DNA of 64,000 nt from assembly GCA_965117045.1 (NCBI GenBank), contig OZ220749.1:2416552-2480551 (forward strand). The letters run 5' to 3'. The stretch comes from a bacterium (GTDB lineage Bacteria; JAAXHH01). Positions 55,373 through 64,000 of this stretch are shown here, in pieces. Both the position numbers and the translations under genes were made by a program. Positions within the stretch are counted from its first letter, which is position 1. Each line of letters opens with the position of its first letter. The notes beneath the pieces are model-generated. The model searched no databases. It had not been told where the DNA came from and saw only the letters and a program-made list of their open reading frames with translations.

Positions 55373-57367
55373 CTAGTCTATCCCGTAGATATGATGGCCG
55401 GCGTGGGGAAACCACACGTAGTCGACGAACATGGAGATGACCACGCCGGTGACCACGCCGAAGATCAGGCCCAGGAAGAAGGGCTGTCCCTTCCGGTACA
55501 GTTCGATGCCGCCGACCCACATCATGATGCTCTTGATGACCCAGCACACGAACATGGACGAGACGATCGCCCGGGCGGGCCAGGAGTATGAAAGGAAGAA
55601 TCCGAGGGGATGCAGCGGCCAGCCCGGCAGCCGGGCCCTCAGCGTCATGAGCAGAAACATGAGCGCACCGCCCACCATGAAGAACATCAGCCGCGCCGTG
55701 TCCGGTCCGAAGGGATCTCGCATCTTGGTCAGTGTTTCATTGTAGGGGATGGTCGATCCGATCCGGCCGAACCACCAGCCGTTGGTGAACTGGCGCGTAC
55801 CCAGGTCGAACCCCATGTAGATCGTCCAGACCAGCGAGATCACCACGCCGATCACCGCGGCGGAAAGAAGCGACCAGCCCAGGCCGCGTTGCCAGCGCGT
55901 GCCGATCTCGGACAGCTTGGCCGCCTGCATGAAGGCGGGCATGAAGGTCGACTTGATCTCGCTGACAGGTCCGTAGGTCTGAGCCATGGCCGTCATGGTG
56001 GACATGGAAAGGTTGGCCGACCCGACCGAATAGAACACGAGCACCTGGGCGATCATGGGCGAACGCACGTAGGGCAGCCCGGCCTCGGCGATGATTCGGG
56101 ACACGCCGATATAGATGATGAACACGCCGGCGAGGAGGAATACGGCGATGGGCACGCTCATGCCCAGCTGGTTCAGCCAGACCACCCCGTAGACGAAACC
56201 GCCGATGAATCCGAAGACCGCGACCCGGTAGGGCAGCATCTCGTCCGAGTCGTCCAGGTCCGACCTGCGGCCGAAGGCCTGGGAGACCACGGCGCGGATG
56301 TGAAACCGCGCCCGCCAGAGCCCCCATCCCACGAAGAGGATGAACGCGCCCATGTTCTGCCAGTCCAGCATGGGATGGATCGAGGTGTAGTTGTCCCGTC
56401 CCGGGATGTCGTACCCGATCCGGTGGGCGATGCCCACCTGGATGATCCCGATCATGTAGAATACCCAGAAACCGGCGAGGACGTCCAGGTTGACGAAATA
56501 GGAAATGCCCAGGATGGCCGGGCGGAAGTTGATTTCCAGCGGCGGAAAACCCTCGCCGAACACGATGGGCGGCGCCGACCCGAAATAGGGGAACTGGGGC
56601 ACGACCGGGGTGAAGAACCCGACGATGTTGTACATCATCACGCAGAACGGGATCGAAAAGCCGATCCAGAACCGCTTCTCCGAGAGAAAGGCCGGGATTC
56701 GGCTCGGCGAATCCATGCCGCGGGTGAAGGCGAGGGGGATCTGCATCATGGGAAAGACGAGCTTCTCGTGTTCGACCCACTGCCGCCTGAGGATGACCAC
56801 GAGACACAGGCCCATGAAGATGATCGGGACGATGAAGGTCAGCCACCAGAACAGCGGAATGCCCCACACGCTCCAGGGAATGGACGCGCCGGGCGGGATC
56901 CCGTCCACCAGCCACGTAAGGGCGTTGCCCTGGTTCGTGACGTTCGCCCAGGGTTGCAGGTACGGGTAGAAGTACTCGGCCCACTGGTTCTCGGGCGTCG
57001 CCAGCAGATAGGGGGCCATCAGCGTGGAGATGAACGGGGCGCCCATGCCGTTGGTCGTCAGCCCCGATGCCGCCATGCCCATGACCAGGGGGATGACGAA
57101 CTCGTGGGGCGTGAGGGCCCAGTCCTTCTTCCACCTCGCCAGCACCACGTTGAATATGACCAGGTACCCGAAGGCCAGAAACAGCGCGCCGATGTGGAGA
57201 TGATCCGCGCCCAGCTGGGACGAGGCCATGGTGTACTGGAAATAGGGGACGATCAGGGAGATCAGGACGACGCTCGTCAGGCCCAGGAGAATGGATCGCG
57301 GCGTAATGATCCGGGTCGCGGTCGCACGGACAGCGGAGGCGGAAACACTTTGCTGTACTGAGGCCAT
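55373..57367 (-). CDS. large polytopic membrane protein of unknown function (paralog A)
   Basis: Start moved to MASVQQ at 57367. The longer ORF runs to 57520, but its first roughly 50 aa look like translated intergenic sequence. Stop is 1 nt from the GTG start of the fusion gene. Homologous blocks with paralog B. Confidence 0.55.
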   Translation of the reverse strand: MASVQQSVSASAVRATATRIITPRSILLGLTSVVLISLIVPYFQYTMASSQLGADHLHIGALFLAFGYLVIFNVVLARWKKDWALTPHEFVIPLVMGMAASGLTTNGMGAPFISTLMAPYLLATPENQWAEYFYPYLQPWANVTNQGNALTWLVDGIPPGASIPWSVWGIPLFWWLTFIVPIIFMGLCLVVILRRQWVEHEKLVFPMMQIPLAFTRGMDSPSRIPAFLSEKRFWIGFSIPFCVMMYNIVGFFTPVVPQFPYFGSAPPIVFGEGFPPLEINFRPAILGISYFVNLDVLAGFWVFYMIGIIQVGIAHRIGYDIPGRDNYTSIHPMLDWQNMGAFILFVGWGLWRARFHIRAVVSQAFGRRSDLDDSDEMLPYRVAVFGFIGGFVYGVVWLNQLGMSVPIAVFLLAGVFIIYIGVSRIIAEAGLPYVRSPMIAQVLVFYSVGSANLSMSTMTAMAQTYGPVSEIKSTFMPAFMQAAKLSEIGTRWQRGLGWSLLSAAVIGVVISLVWTIYMGFDLGTRQFTNGWWFGRIGSTIPYNETLTKMRDPFGPDTARLMFFMVGGALMFLLMTLRARLPGWPLHPLGFFLSYSWPARAIVSSMFVCWVIKSIMMWVGGIELYRKGQPFFLGLIFGVVTGVVISMFVDYVWFPHAGHHIYGID

Positions 57368-57533
57368 GGAGTGGGCGGAGAATGGAGTGGTCGGAAAACG
57401 GTTCTTGCGCTTTTGGCAAAGGGATTGAATTAAAAAAAAGGTCCAGCATATGTAAGGTCGCGCGCGGGATAAGTCAAAGAAAAACGCCTTTCGCCGAAGT
57501 CCTTCAGCCCCGTTGCACAAGCCGTTTTAGTGG

Positions 57534-57562
57534 TTGACACTCCAGTGGTTTACGGGGATATT
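57534..57562 (+). promoter_or_regulatory. candidate sigma-70 promoter for the MMPL gene (TTGACA-17-GATATT)
   Basis: Consensus -35 TTGACA at 57534..57539. 17-nt spacer. Weak -10 GATATT at 57557..57562. Consistent with a GTG start at 57604 preceded by GAGGAA. Confidence 0.25.
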
Positions 57563-57603
57563 TCCATACCTTGGATGTGCGCGTTTCACACGAGGAATGC
57601 ACC

Positions 57604-60144
57604 GTGAAGGCCGAGACCAGAGCCGCCATAGACCGCTTCCTGAACAGGTATATCGCCTTCATATGCCGCCATCCGGCCAAGGTCCTGCTGTTCGCGCTGC
57701 TTTCCGCCTCCCTGTCCGTCCACTTCGCCTCCAGGCTTCAGCTGAAAACCGACTTCGTCGAACTGCTTCCCGAAGGCTACCGGAGCGTCGACGACATAAA
57801 CCGGCTCACGGAGCGCGTCGGCGGCATCGGCAACCTGACCATCGTCATAGAAACGGAAGACCTTCCCGCCGCCCAGCGGTACGCCGACGACCTCGCCGGC
57901 CGGCTGCGGTCCGATCTCCCGGAAGGGTATGTCCGCTACATCGAGTACCGGGTGGACGACGAGAAGCGGTTCTACGAAGACCACAAGTACCTGTACGCCG
58001 ACCTGGAAGACCTGGAAGAGATCCAGAGCCGGCTGAGCCGGCAGATCCTGAAGACGAAACTGGAGCAGAACCCCCTATTCGTCTCCGAGGAAGACCTCGG
58101 CCTGGAGGTGGAAGACGAGCCGTTCACCGTGAGCGACCTGGAGGAGAAGTACGAGCAACAGGCGTCGGAGAAGCTGGACAAGTGGGTCGACGGGTATTTC
58201 ACGGGACACGACGAGCAGGGGCGGTTTCTCGTCATGGTCCTGAAACCTTTCGGATCGTCGACCGGCGTGACCTTCTCGCGGGACCTGTGCGAACGGGTGC
58301 TGGCCATCGCGGAAGGGCTCGAACCCACGTCCTACCACCCGTCGCTGAAGGTCGGCCTCACCGGCAAGTACCGCCTGATCCTGGACCAGTACGAGTCCGT
58401 CAACCGGGAGATCTTCACGTCGGCCGGCGTCACGCTGTCACTGGTCGCCCTGGCCATATTCCTCTACTTCCGCACTATCGTACCGGTCATCAACATCACG
58501 CTGGTCGTGGTCGTCGGCATCCTCTGGACGTTCTGCCTGACCTACTTCCGCATCGGCTACCTGAACATGCAGACCGCCTTTCTGGGCGCCATCATCATAG
58601 GGAACGGCATCAACTATGGCCTGATCCTGATGTCCAGGTACAAGGAAGAGCGGCTGCGGGGCGAAAACGCACGGGACGGCGTGCAGATCGCCTTCCGGAA
58701 CACGCTCACGGCGACGGTCACCTCGGCGGCTTCCACCGGCCTGGCTTACGGCACGCTCATGATCACCGATTTCCGGGGCTTCAACCATTTCGGGTTCATC
58801 GGCGGCCTGGGCATGCTGCTGTGCTGGCTTTCGACCTTCTCCATCCTGCCGGCGCTGCTGATGCTCTGGGACCGCACCGCGTTCGGACGGCAGACCTGGA
58901 CCCGGAAGGTCTCACGGGGCCGGTCGATGAGCCGTCTCGCCAACCTGGTGCAGAAGAAGCCGCGGGCCGTGGTAGGCACGAGCGCCTCCCTGGTGCTGCT
59001 GGGCGCCGTACTGCTGGTGTGGTGGCTTCCGAACTCCTTCGAGTACGACTTCTCGAAACTCCGCAACGAGCCGCGGGGCGACACCTACGAGCGGATCCTC
59101 AACCACCGCGTCAACGCGCTCTTCGGCATTTCGCAGTCGCCGGCCGTCATCCTGGCAGACCGCCTGGACCAGGTGCCGGGCATACGCCGGGCCGTGCTGG
59201 ACAAGAAAGAGGCCGAAAGGGAAGTCCCCAATCCGACCATCGACCGGGTCCGGACCATTTACGACCTGCTGCCGGAGGACCAGGAGGACAAGATCGACGT
59301 CCTCTGGGACATCGAGTACATGCTCGACACGAATCCGCCCGACGAACTCGGCATCCCGCCCGATCAGCTCGCGAAGATTAACGATTTCCGCGACAACCTG
59401 AACCTGGACGGGATCACCGTGGACGACCTGCCCGAAGCGCTCACGCGGCCCTACGAGGAGCGGGACGGTACGGTGGGCAGGCTGATCTACGTCTACCCGA
59501 GGTCGGACGCCGGGCTCTGGAACGGCCGTAACCTGATCCGGTTCGCGGAGGTCGTCCGTTCCAACCGCCTGCCGGACGATGAGATCATCTATTCTTCCGG
59601 GGAGGCCGTGGTCTTCGCCGATATGCTAAAGGCCGTGGACCGCGACGGGCCCCTCGCCACGATCGCCTGCTTCGTGGGCGTGATCACGCTCCTCGTACTG
59701 GCGTTTCGAAGCATCCACGCGTCGGTGGTCATCCTGGCCTCCCTGCTGGGCGGCATGCTGGTCATGGGCGGGGTCATCGCCGTCTTCGACATCAAGGTGA
59801 ACTTCTTCAACTTCATCGTCATTCCCACTACGCTGGGCATCGGAGTGGACTACAGCGTGAACCTGTATCAACGCTACCGCCTTGACGGACGAGGTTCCAT
59901 ACGTAATATGGTACAGCATACGGGCGCGGCCCTGGTCATGTGTTCCTCCACGACGCTGATCGGGTACACCTCGCTCATGCTGACGTCCAACCGGGGCCTG
60001 CATTCCTTCGGGATCATGGCCAACGTGGGAGAGATCGCCACGCTGGCGACGGCCCTGATCGCACTGCCCGCCTACCTGCTCATCATGGAAAAGCGGATGG
60101 GGAACAGGACGCCGGAACCGCGGGATCCCCTCCGGGCCGCCTGA
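57604..60144 (+). CDS. MMPL/RND-superfamily transporter (two 6-TM sterol-sensing-like domains)
   Basis: Two repeated halves, each with a large periplasmic loop followed by a TM bundle (GAIIIGNGINYGLILMSRYKEE...; TTLGIGVDYSVNLYQRYR...). GTG start 57604 preferred over TTG 57571. Confidence 0.8.
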   Translation: MKAETRAAIDRFLNRYIAFICRHPAKVLLFALLSASLSVHFASRLQLKTDFVELLPEGYRSVDDINRLTERVGGIGNLTIVIETEDLPAAQRYADDLAGRLRSDLPEGYVRYIEYRVDDEKRFYEDHKYLYADLEDLEEIQSRLSRQILKTKLEQNPLFVSEEDLGLEVEDEPFTVSDLEEKYEQQASEKLDKWVDGYFTGHDEQGRFLVMVLKPFGSSTGVTFSRDLCERVLAIAEGLEPTSYHPSLKVGLTGKYRLILDQYESVNREIFTSAGVTLSLVALAIFLYFRTIVPVINITLVVVVGILWTFCLTYFRIGYLNMQTAFLGAIIIGNGINYGLILMSRYKEERLRGENARDGVQIAFRNTLTATVTSAASTGLAYGTLMITDFRGFNHFGFIGGLGMLLCWLSTFSILPALLMLWDRTAFGRQTWTRKVSRGRSMSRLANLVQKKPRAVVGTSASLVLLGAVLLVWWLPNSFEYDFSKLRNEPRGDTYERILNHRVNALFGISQSPAVILADRLDQVPGIRRAVLDKKEAEREVPNPTIDRVRTIYDLLPEDQEDKIDVLWDIEYMLDTNPPDELGIPPDQLAKINDFRDNLNLDGITVDDLPEALTRPYEERDGTVGRLIYVYPRSDAGLWNGRNLIRFAEVVRSNRLPDDEIIYSSGEAVVFADMLKAVDRDGPLATIACFVGVITLLVLAFRSIHASVVILASLLGGMLVMGGVIAVFDIKVNFFNFIVIPTTLGIGVDYSVNLYQRYRLDGRGSIRNMVQHTGAALVMCSSTTLIGYTSLMLTSNRGLHSFGIMANVGEIATLATALIALPAYLLIMEKRMGNRTPEPRDPLRAA

Positions 60145-60184
60145 TGCCGATGACGCCGACTTCGCAGCCCTGCCGATCGGGTAT

Positions 60185-61840
60185 GTGTCGAACAAGGCCG
60201 GTTACATGAACGCTCATGCAGTGGATTACCGCCAGGTGTTGCCGGACCACCTGCTGCATACCTTTCTCGAAGACTTCGAGTCGTTACGGTCTTTCTATAC
60301 CCACGATCCACGGGACCCGGAGGTATGGCCGCGCATGATCGAGGCCGTGCAGTCCCGCGCCGTTCCACCGCCGCGAAAGGCGCTCGCCAAGATCCTCGAG
60401 GCACAGAACGCCCGTTACGGGGCGGACGAAACCGTCCTCGCCAACACCCGTTCCCTCGCAGGGGAAGATGCCTTCGTCGTTTCCACCGGGCAGCAGACGG
60501 GCCTGTTGACGGGTCCGCTGTTCACCATCTACAAGGCCGTGACGGCGATCAAGCTGGCGAGACGGGTCTCGGAGGAGACCGGCGTGCGGGCCGTGCCCGT
60601 TTTCTGGATGGCCGCCGACGACCATGATTACGCCGAAATCAACCATGTCCATGTCTGCCGCACGGACGGGAACGCCCTCAGGTTCGAGCTGAGCCCCGAC
60701 GACCCCAACGACCGCCGGTCCGCGAGCGACCGCCTGCTCGGACCCGGAATCGAAGCGCTGCTCGGGCAGTTCGCCGAGGCCCTGCCCGATTCGGAGTACC
60801 GCCCGTCCGCCATCGAGGCGCTTCGGCGGCACTGTACCGCCGGGACCTCGTTGTCCGACGCTTTCGCGCGGCTCATGACACTGCTGTTCAGGGAACAGGG
60901 CCTGGTCCTCGTGGACCCCACCGACCCGGCGCTGAAACCCCTTATGCGTTCCGTGTTCGAGCAGGAAATCCTGGAACCGCTCGCCACCACGCGTTCGGTC
61001 CTGGAGGCGTCCCGCGATCTGGAGGACGCCGGGCTGCATCCCCAGGTCTCCCGATCCCCGGACGCGGTGAACCTGTTTCTGTACGAGGACGGGCAGCGCA
61101 ACGCCCTGCGCTACGAGGACGGGCGGTTCAGCAGCCGGGACGGAAGCCTTTCCTTCACCGGCGAGGAACTGCTACGGATGCTTAAGGATACACCCGGTCG
61201 GTTCACGCATAACGTCATCACCCGGCCCCTGGTGCAGGACACGCTGTTCCCGACGCTGACCTATATCGGCGGACCGGCGGAAATCGCCTACTACGGCCAG
61301 CTCGGCGGGGTCTACCGCCGGTCCGGCCTGCCCTTCCCCGTGGTCTATCCCCGCGCGTCCCACACGCTGGTCGGCGCGAGGACCGCCCGGGTCCTGGAGA
61401 AGCACGGCCTCGCGATCTCCCATTTCGTCCAGGGCATCGAATCCGTGGTCGACCGAAAACTCCGGGAAGAGATGCCGGTACCGGTCACCGAGGGTCTCCG
61501 GGCCGCACGAGGCGACGTGGAAGCCCATTACAGAAACCTGAAGGGACAGGTGACCGCCATCGATCCCGGTCTGAGCCGGATCGTCGAGGCCTCGGAGCGG
61601 AAGACTAACTTCGCCCTGGGCAGGCTGGAGGAAAAGACCCTCCGCGCCCTGAAGAAGGCGGACGGTGTCATGCGCGGCCAGATCATGCGGGCGGACCGCC
61701 TGTTGTATCCCAACGGGCACCTCCAGGAACGGGTGGCCAACATCTGGCAGTACGTCGCCCTGCACGGATTCGACGTCATGAACACCATCTTCGAGGCCAC
61801 GGACGAAACGGACTTCAGACACAGGATGACCCCCCTATGA
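60185..61840 (+). CDS. bshC: bacillithiol biosynthesis cysteine-adding enzyme
   Basis: Roughly 540 aa with the BshC-characteristic block VSTGQQTGLLTGPLFTIYKAVTAIKLA and C-terminal coiled region. GTG 60185, or the ATG at 60206, could be the start. Confidence 0.75.
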   Translation: MSNKAGYMNAHAVDYRQVLPDHLLHTFLEDFESLRSFYTHDPRDPEVWPRMIEAVQSRAVPPPRKALAKILEAQNARYGADETVLANTRSLAGEDAFVVSTGQQTGLLTGPLFTIYKAVTAIKLARRVSEETGVRAVPVFWMAADDHDYAEINHVHVCRTDGNALRFELSPDDPNDRRSASDRLLGPGIEALLGQFAEALPDSEYRPSAIEALRRHCTAGTSLSDAFARLMTLLFREQGLVLVDPTDPALKPLMRSVFEQEILEPLATTRSVLEASRDLEDAGLHPQVSRSPDAVNLFLYEDGQRNALRYEDGRFSSRDGSLSFTGEELLRMLKDTPGRFTHNVITRPLVQDTLFPTLTYIGGPAEIAYYGQLGGVYRRSGLPFPVVYPRASHTLVGARTARVLEKHGLAISHFVQGIESVVDRKLREEMPVPVTEGLRAARGDVEAHYRNLKGQVTAIDPGLSRIVEASERKTNFALGRLEEKTLRALKKADGVMRGQIMRADRLLYPNGHLQERVANIWQYVALHGFDVMNTIFEATDETDFRHRMTPL

Positions 61841-62562
61841 AACTCGATGTGCTCGCCGTATCCCCCCACCCGGACGACGTGGAGCTGCACTGCGGCGGAC
61901 TAATGATCCGATTCGCCGACCTGGGTTATGCCACCGGTATCGTCGATATGAGCCTGGGCGAGATGGGTACCCGGGGGACGGTCGACGGGCGGAAAGGGGA
62001 AGCGGCGGCGGCTGGCGAAGTGCTCGGGCTGTCCGACAGGCTGAACCTCGAACTGCCGGACGCCCGCATCGGTACCTGCCCGACGCACCGCGACGCCCTC
62101 ATCGACGCCATACGCCGGTACCGGCCCGAGCTGCTCCTCGTCCCCCACGAGGTCGCCCGCCATCCCGATCACGGGGCGACCGCCCGGCTGGCGAGAGATG
62201 CGGCTTTCCTGGCCGGCCTGGAGAAGATCGATACGGACCACACGGCCTTCCGGCCCCGGAAAGTGGTCTTCTACCTCACCCACCACCGCTACCAGGAACC
62301 CCGTACATCGTTCATCGTCGACATCACCTCGACGTTCGCCCGCAAGATCGAAGCCGTCAAGGCCCACCGGTCACAGTTCCACGACCCGGACTCCAACGAA
62401 CCGGAGACCTTCATCAGCCGGCCCGGGTTCCTCGAAGAGGTCGAAGCCCAGAGCCGCTACTATGGACAGCTGATCGGCGCGCGGCACGGGGAGCCCTTCG
62501 TCGTCCGCGAGTACCTTTCAATCGACGATCCCCTGGCCCATTTCGCAGGACGCACGGAATAG
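61837..62562 (+). CDS. bshB: bacillithiol biosynthesis deacetylase (PIG-L/LmbE family)
   Basis: LmbE motif VLAVSPHPDDVELHCGG. His/Asp metal ligands (HPDH). Start overlaps the bshC stop. Confidence 0.8.
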   Translation: MKLDVLAVSPHPDDVELHCGGLMIRFADLGYATGIVDMSLGEMGTRGTVDGRKGEAAAAGEVLGLSDRLNLELPDARIGTCPTHRDALIDAIRRYRPELLLVPHEVARHPDHGATARLARDAAFLAGLEKIDTDHTAFRPRKVVFYLTHHRYQEPRTSFIVDITSTFARKIEAVKAHRSQFHDPDSNEPETFISRPGFLEEVEAQSRYYGQLIGARHGEPFVVREYLSIDDPLAHFAGRTE

Positions 62563-62647
62563 CACGGCAGGCCGGGCGCCCGGACGGGCCAGGTTTGCAC
62601 AGCGGGCTGGAACGCGAGCGTCCACGCACCAGAAGAGGCGGAAACCG

Positions 62648-63769
62648 ATGAACATCGGCATCACCTGCTACCCCACCTACGGAGGGAGCGGCGCCATCGC
62701 CGCCGAACTGGGACAGGCGCTGGCCCGGAAGGGGCACAGGGTCCATTTCGTGAGCTATTCGATCCCCTTCCGCCTGCAGGAATACAGCCAGAACATCTCC
62801 TTCCATAACGTGGAGGTGATGCCCTATCCGTTGTTCAAGTACCCGCCCTACACCCTCGCGCTCGCCGCGAAAATGGCGGACGTGGCCTCCGAGGCGGAGC
62901 TGGACATCCTGCACGTGCACTACGCCGTACCTCACGCCACCTGCGCCTTCCTGGCGCGGCACATGCTGCGCGACCAGGACATCAAGGTCATCACGACGCT
63001 CCACGGCACCGACATCACCCTCGTGGGCAGCGACAAGTCCTTCTACCGGATCACCCGTTTCAGCATCGAGGAAAGCCAGGGGGTCACGGCGGTCTCCGAG
63101 TCTCTCAAGCGCGACACGCTGTCCCTCTTCGACATCGACAAGGACATCCGGGTGATCCCCAACTTCGTGGACGTCGAACGTTTCCGACGCGGGGACGGTC
63201 ACTGCGACATCAGCAACTTCGTGGACGATGACGAGAAGGTCATCGCGCACGTGTCGAATTTCCGGCCGGTCAAACGCATCGGGGACATCATCCGCATGTA
63301 CGCGGAGGTGCGGCGCAACGTCAAGTGCAAGCTGCTGCTCGTGGGGGAAGGTCCGGAGCGCATCCCCATGCAGGAACTGGCCCGGGAACTGGGCCTGGAG
63401 GACGGCGTGGTGTTCATGGGCGAACAGGAGGGGGTGGACCGCATTCTCTCCTGTTCCGACCTGTACCTGCTGCCCAGCGAACAGGAGAGCTTCGGCCTGT
63501 CGGCCCTGGAAGCGATGAGCTGCGGCGTCCCGGTGATCGGCGCCAACGTCGGCGGCCTGCCGGAACTCGTGCGCCACGGGGAGACGGGCTACATCACCGA
63601 AGTGGGCGACATCGGGCAGATGGCCCGGCACGCCACGGACCTGCTGGCAAACGACGACTTGCGGGAGGCGATCGGCCGGAAGGCCCGGCAGCGTGTGCTG
63701 GACCACTTCGCGGAAGAAGCCGTGGTCCCGCAGTACGAAGCCTACTACGAAGAGGTGTTGCGGGGATAA
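62648..63769 (+). CDS. bshA: N-acetyl-alpha-D-glucosaminyl L-malate synthase (GT4 glycosyltransferase)
   Basis: BshA-type N-terminus MNIGITCYPTYGGSGAIAAELGQALARKGHRVHFVS. GT4 E-x7-E region (ESFGLSALEAMSCGVPVIG). Confidence 0.85.
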   Translation: MNIGITCYPTYGGSGAIAAELGQALARKGHRVHFVSYSIPFRLQEYSQNISFHNVEVMPYPLFKYPPYTLALAAKMADVASEAELDILHVHYAVPHATCAFLARHMLRDQDIKVITTLHGTDITLVGSDKSFYRITRFSIEESQGVTAVSESLKRDTLSLFDIDKDIRVIPNFVDVERFRRGDGHCDISNFVDDDEKVIAHVSNFRPVKRIGDIIRMYAEVRRNVKCKLLLVGEGPERIPMQELARELGLEDGVVFMGEQEGVDRILSCSDLYLLPSEQESFGLSALEAMSCGVPVIGANVGGLPELVRHGETGYITEVGDIGQMARHATDLLANDDLREAIGRKARQRVLDHFAEEAVVPQYEAYYEEVLRG

Positions 63770-63798
63770 GCAGTGATCAGATACTGAAAACCTGTTGT

Positions 63799-63939
63799 CT
63801 ATCCGGCCGCACAACCGGTACCTCCGCCACAGTCGCAGTCTATGACGCGGATGCGGTCGCCGAATGCCATCGCAGGCAATGTGTAGAACAGACTCAATAT
63901 GAACATAGCCGCTGCCGCCAGCGGCTTCCTTGAAGTCAT
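63799..63939 (-). CDS. small hypothetical protein with hydrophobic N-terminus and Cys/Gly-rich tail
   Basis: 46 codons from MTSRKPLAAAAMFILSLFYTLPAMAFG... ending CDCGGGTGCAAG. Convergent with bshA. Weak support only. Confidence 0.15.
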   Translation of the reverse strand: MTSRKPLAAAAMFILSLFYTLPAMAFGDRIRVIDCDCGGGTGCAAG

Positions 63940-64000
63940 TCGAGAGCGCCACGACACTCGAAACACCCCGTTGTTAGCCACGACATCCACTGCGTTGCGG

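Noticed and set aside
50671-55440. 1589-aa plus-strand ORF antisense to the M28-FtsX fusion gene
   Set aside because: Translation is extremely biased (R, G, H, D, E, V runs) with no motifs. The minus-strand frame carries unmistakable PA, M28-like and FtsX signatures. Classic GC-rich antisense shadow ORF. The same applies to 55610..57361 (+), 47762..49888 (+), 48117..49550 (-) and 49618..50571 (-).
63799-63990. 63-aa ORF as a confident small secreted Cys-rich peptide gene
   Set aside because: It lies at the window edge in GC-rich sequence, convergent with bshA, with no RBS or homology support. Kept only as a very low-confidence feature.

Overview
This is a high-GC (about 65%) bacterial chromosomal window with dense coding on both strands and many long antisense shadow ORFs. 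I found no rRNA, tRNA, CRISPR array, transposase or integrase. What I could support, in order along the window:

- **1–17 kb:** an accessory-looking run of small-molecule-modifying enzymes: beta-lactamase-like serine hydrolase, SDR, APRT-like phosphoribosyltransferase, two NUDIX hydrolases, a DegT aminotransferase / isochorismatase-like / polysaccharide deacetylase / secreted esterase cluster, a heparinase II/III-like protein, several SAM methyltransferases, a sulfotransferase, a VOC protein, an orphan HigA-like HTH protein, and a double-FtsX ABC permease.
- **17.4–18.8 kb:** an ECF sigma factor with a roughly 300-aa C-terminal extension.
- **19.7–24.4 kb:** a lower-GC islet carrying a P-loop ATPase, a methyltransferase paralog, a GNAT remnant with an intrinsic terminator, a 2H phosphoesterase, a GFA protein, a HIT protein with a premature in-frame TGA, and peptidase E.
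- **24.4–26.6 kb:** a tandem methyltransferase–GNAT–methyltransferase duplication.
- **27.5–31.8 kb:** a Tat-secreted PBP1 substrate-binding protein, a HAMP-only membrane sensor and an MFS (OFA) transporter in one operon, flanked by an OMP beta-barrel.
- **36.9–44.4 kb:** a histidine-utilisation operon (RraA-like, hutU, hutH, hutI, hutF) ending in a creatininase-family gene.
- **45.4–57.4 kb:** the most unusual feature. This is a six-gene minus-strand operon with two paralogous roughly 700-aa polytopic membrane proteins, a 1522-aa single-ORF fusion of an M28/PA peptidase-like ectodomain to a complete MacB/FtsX-type permease, a metallo-amidohydrolase, and two hydroxyacid dehydrogenases. No ABC ATPase is present.
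- **57.6–63.8 kb:** an MMPL/RND transporter and a contiguous bshC-bshB-bshA bacillithiol biosynthesis cluster.
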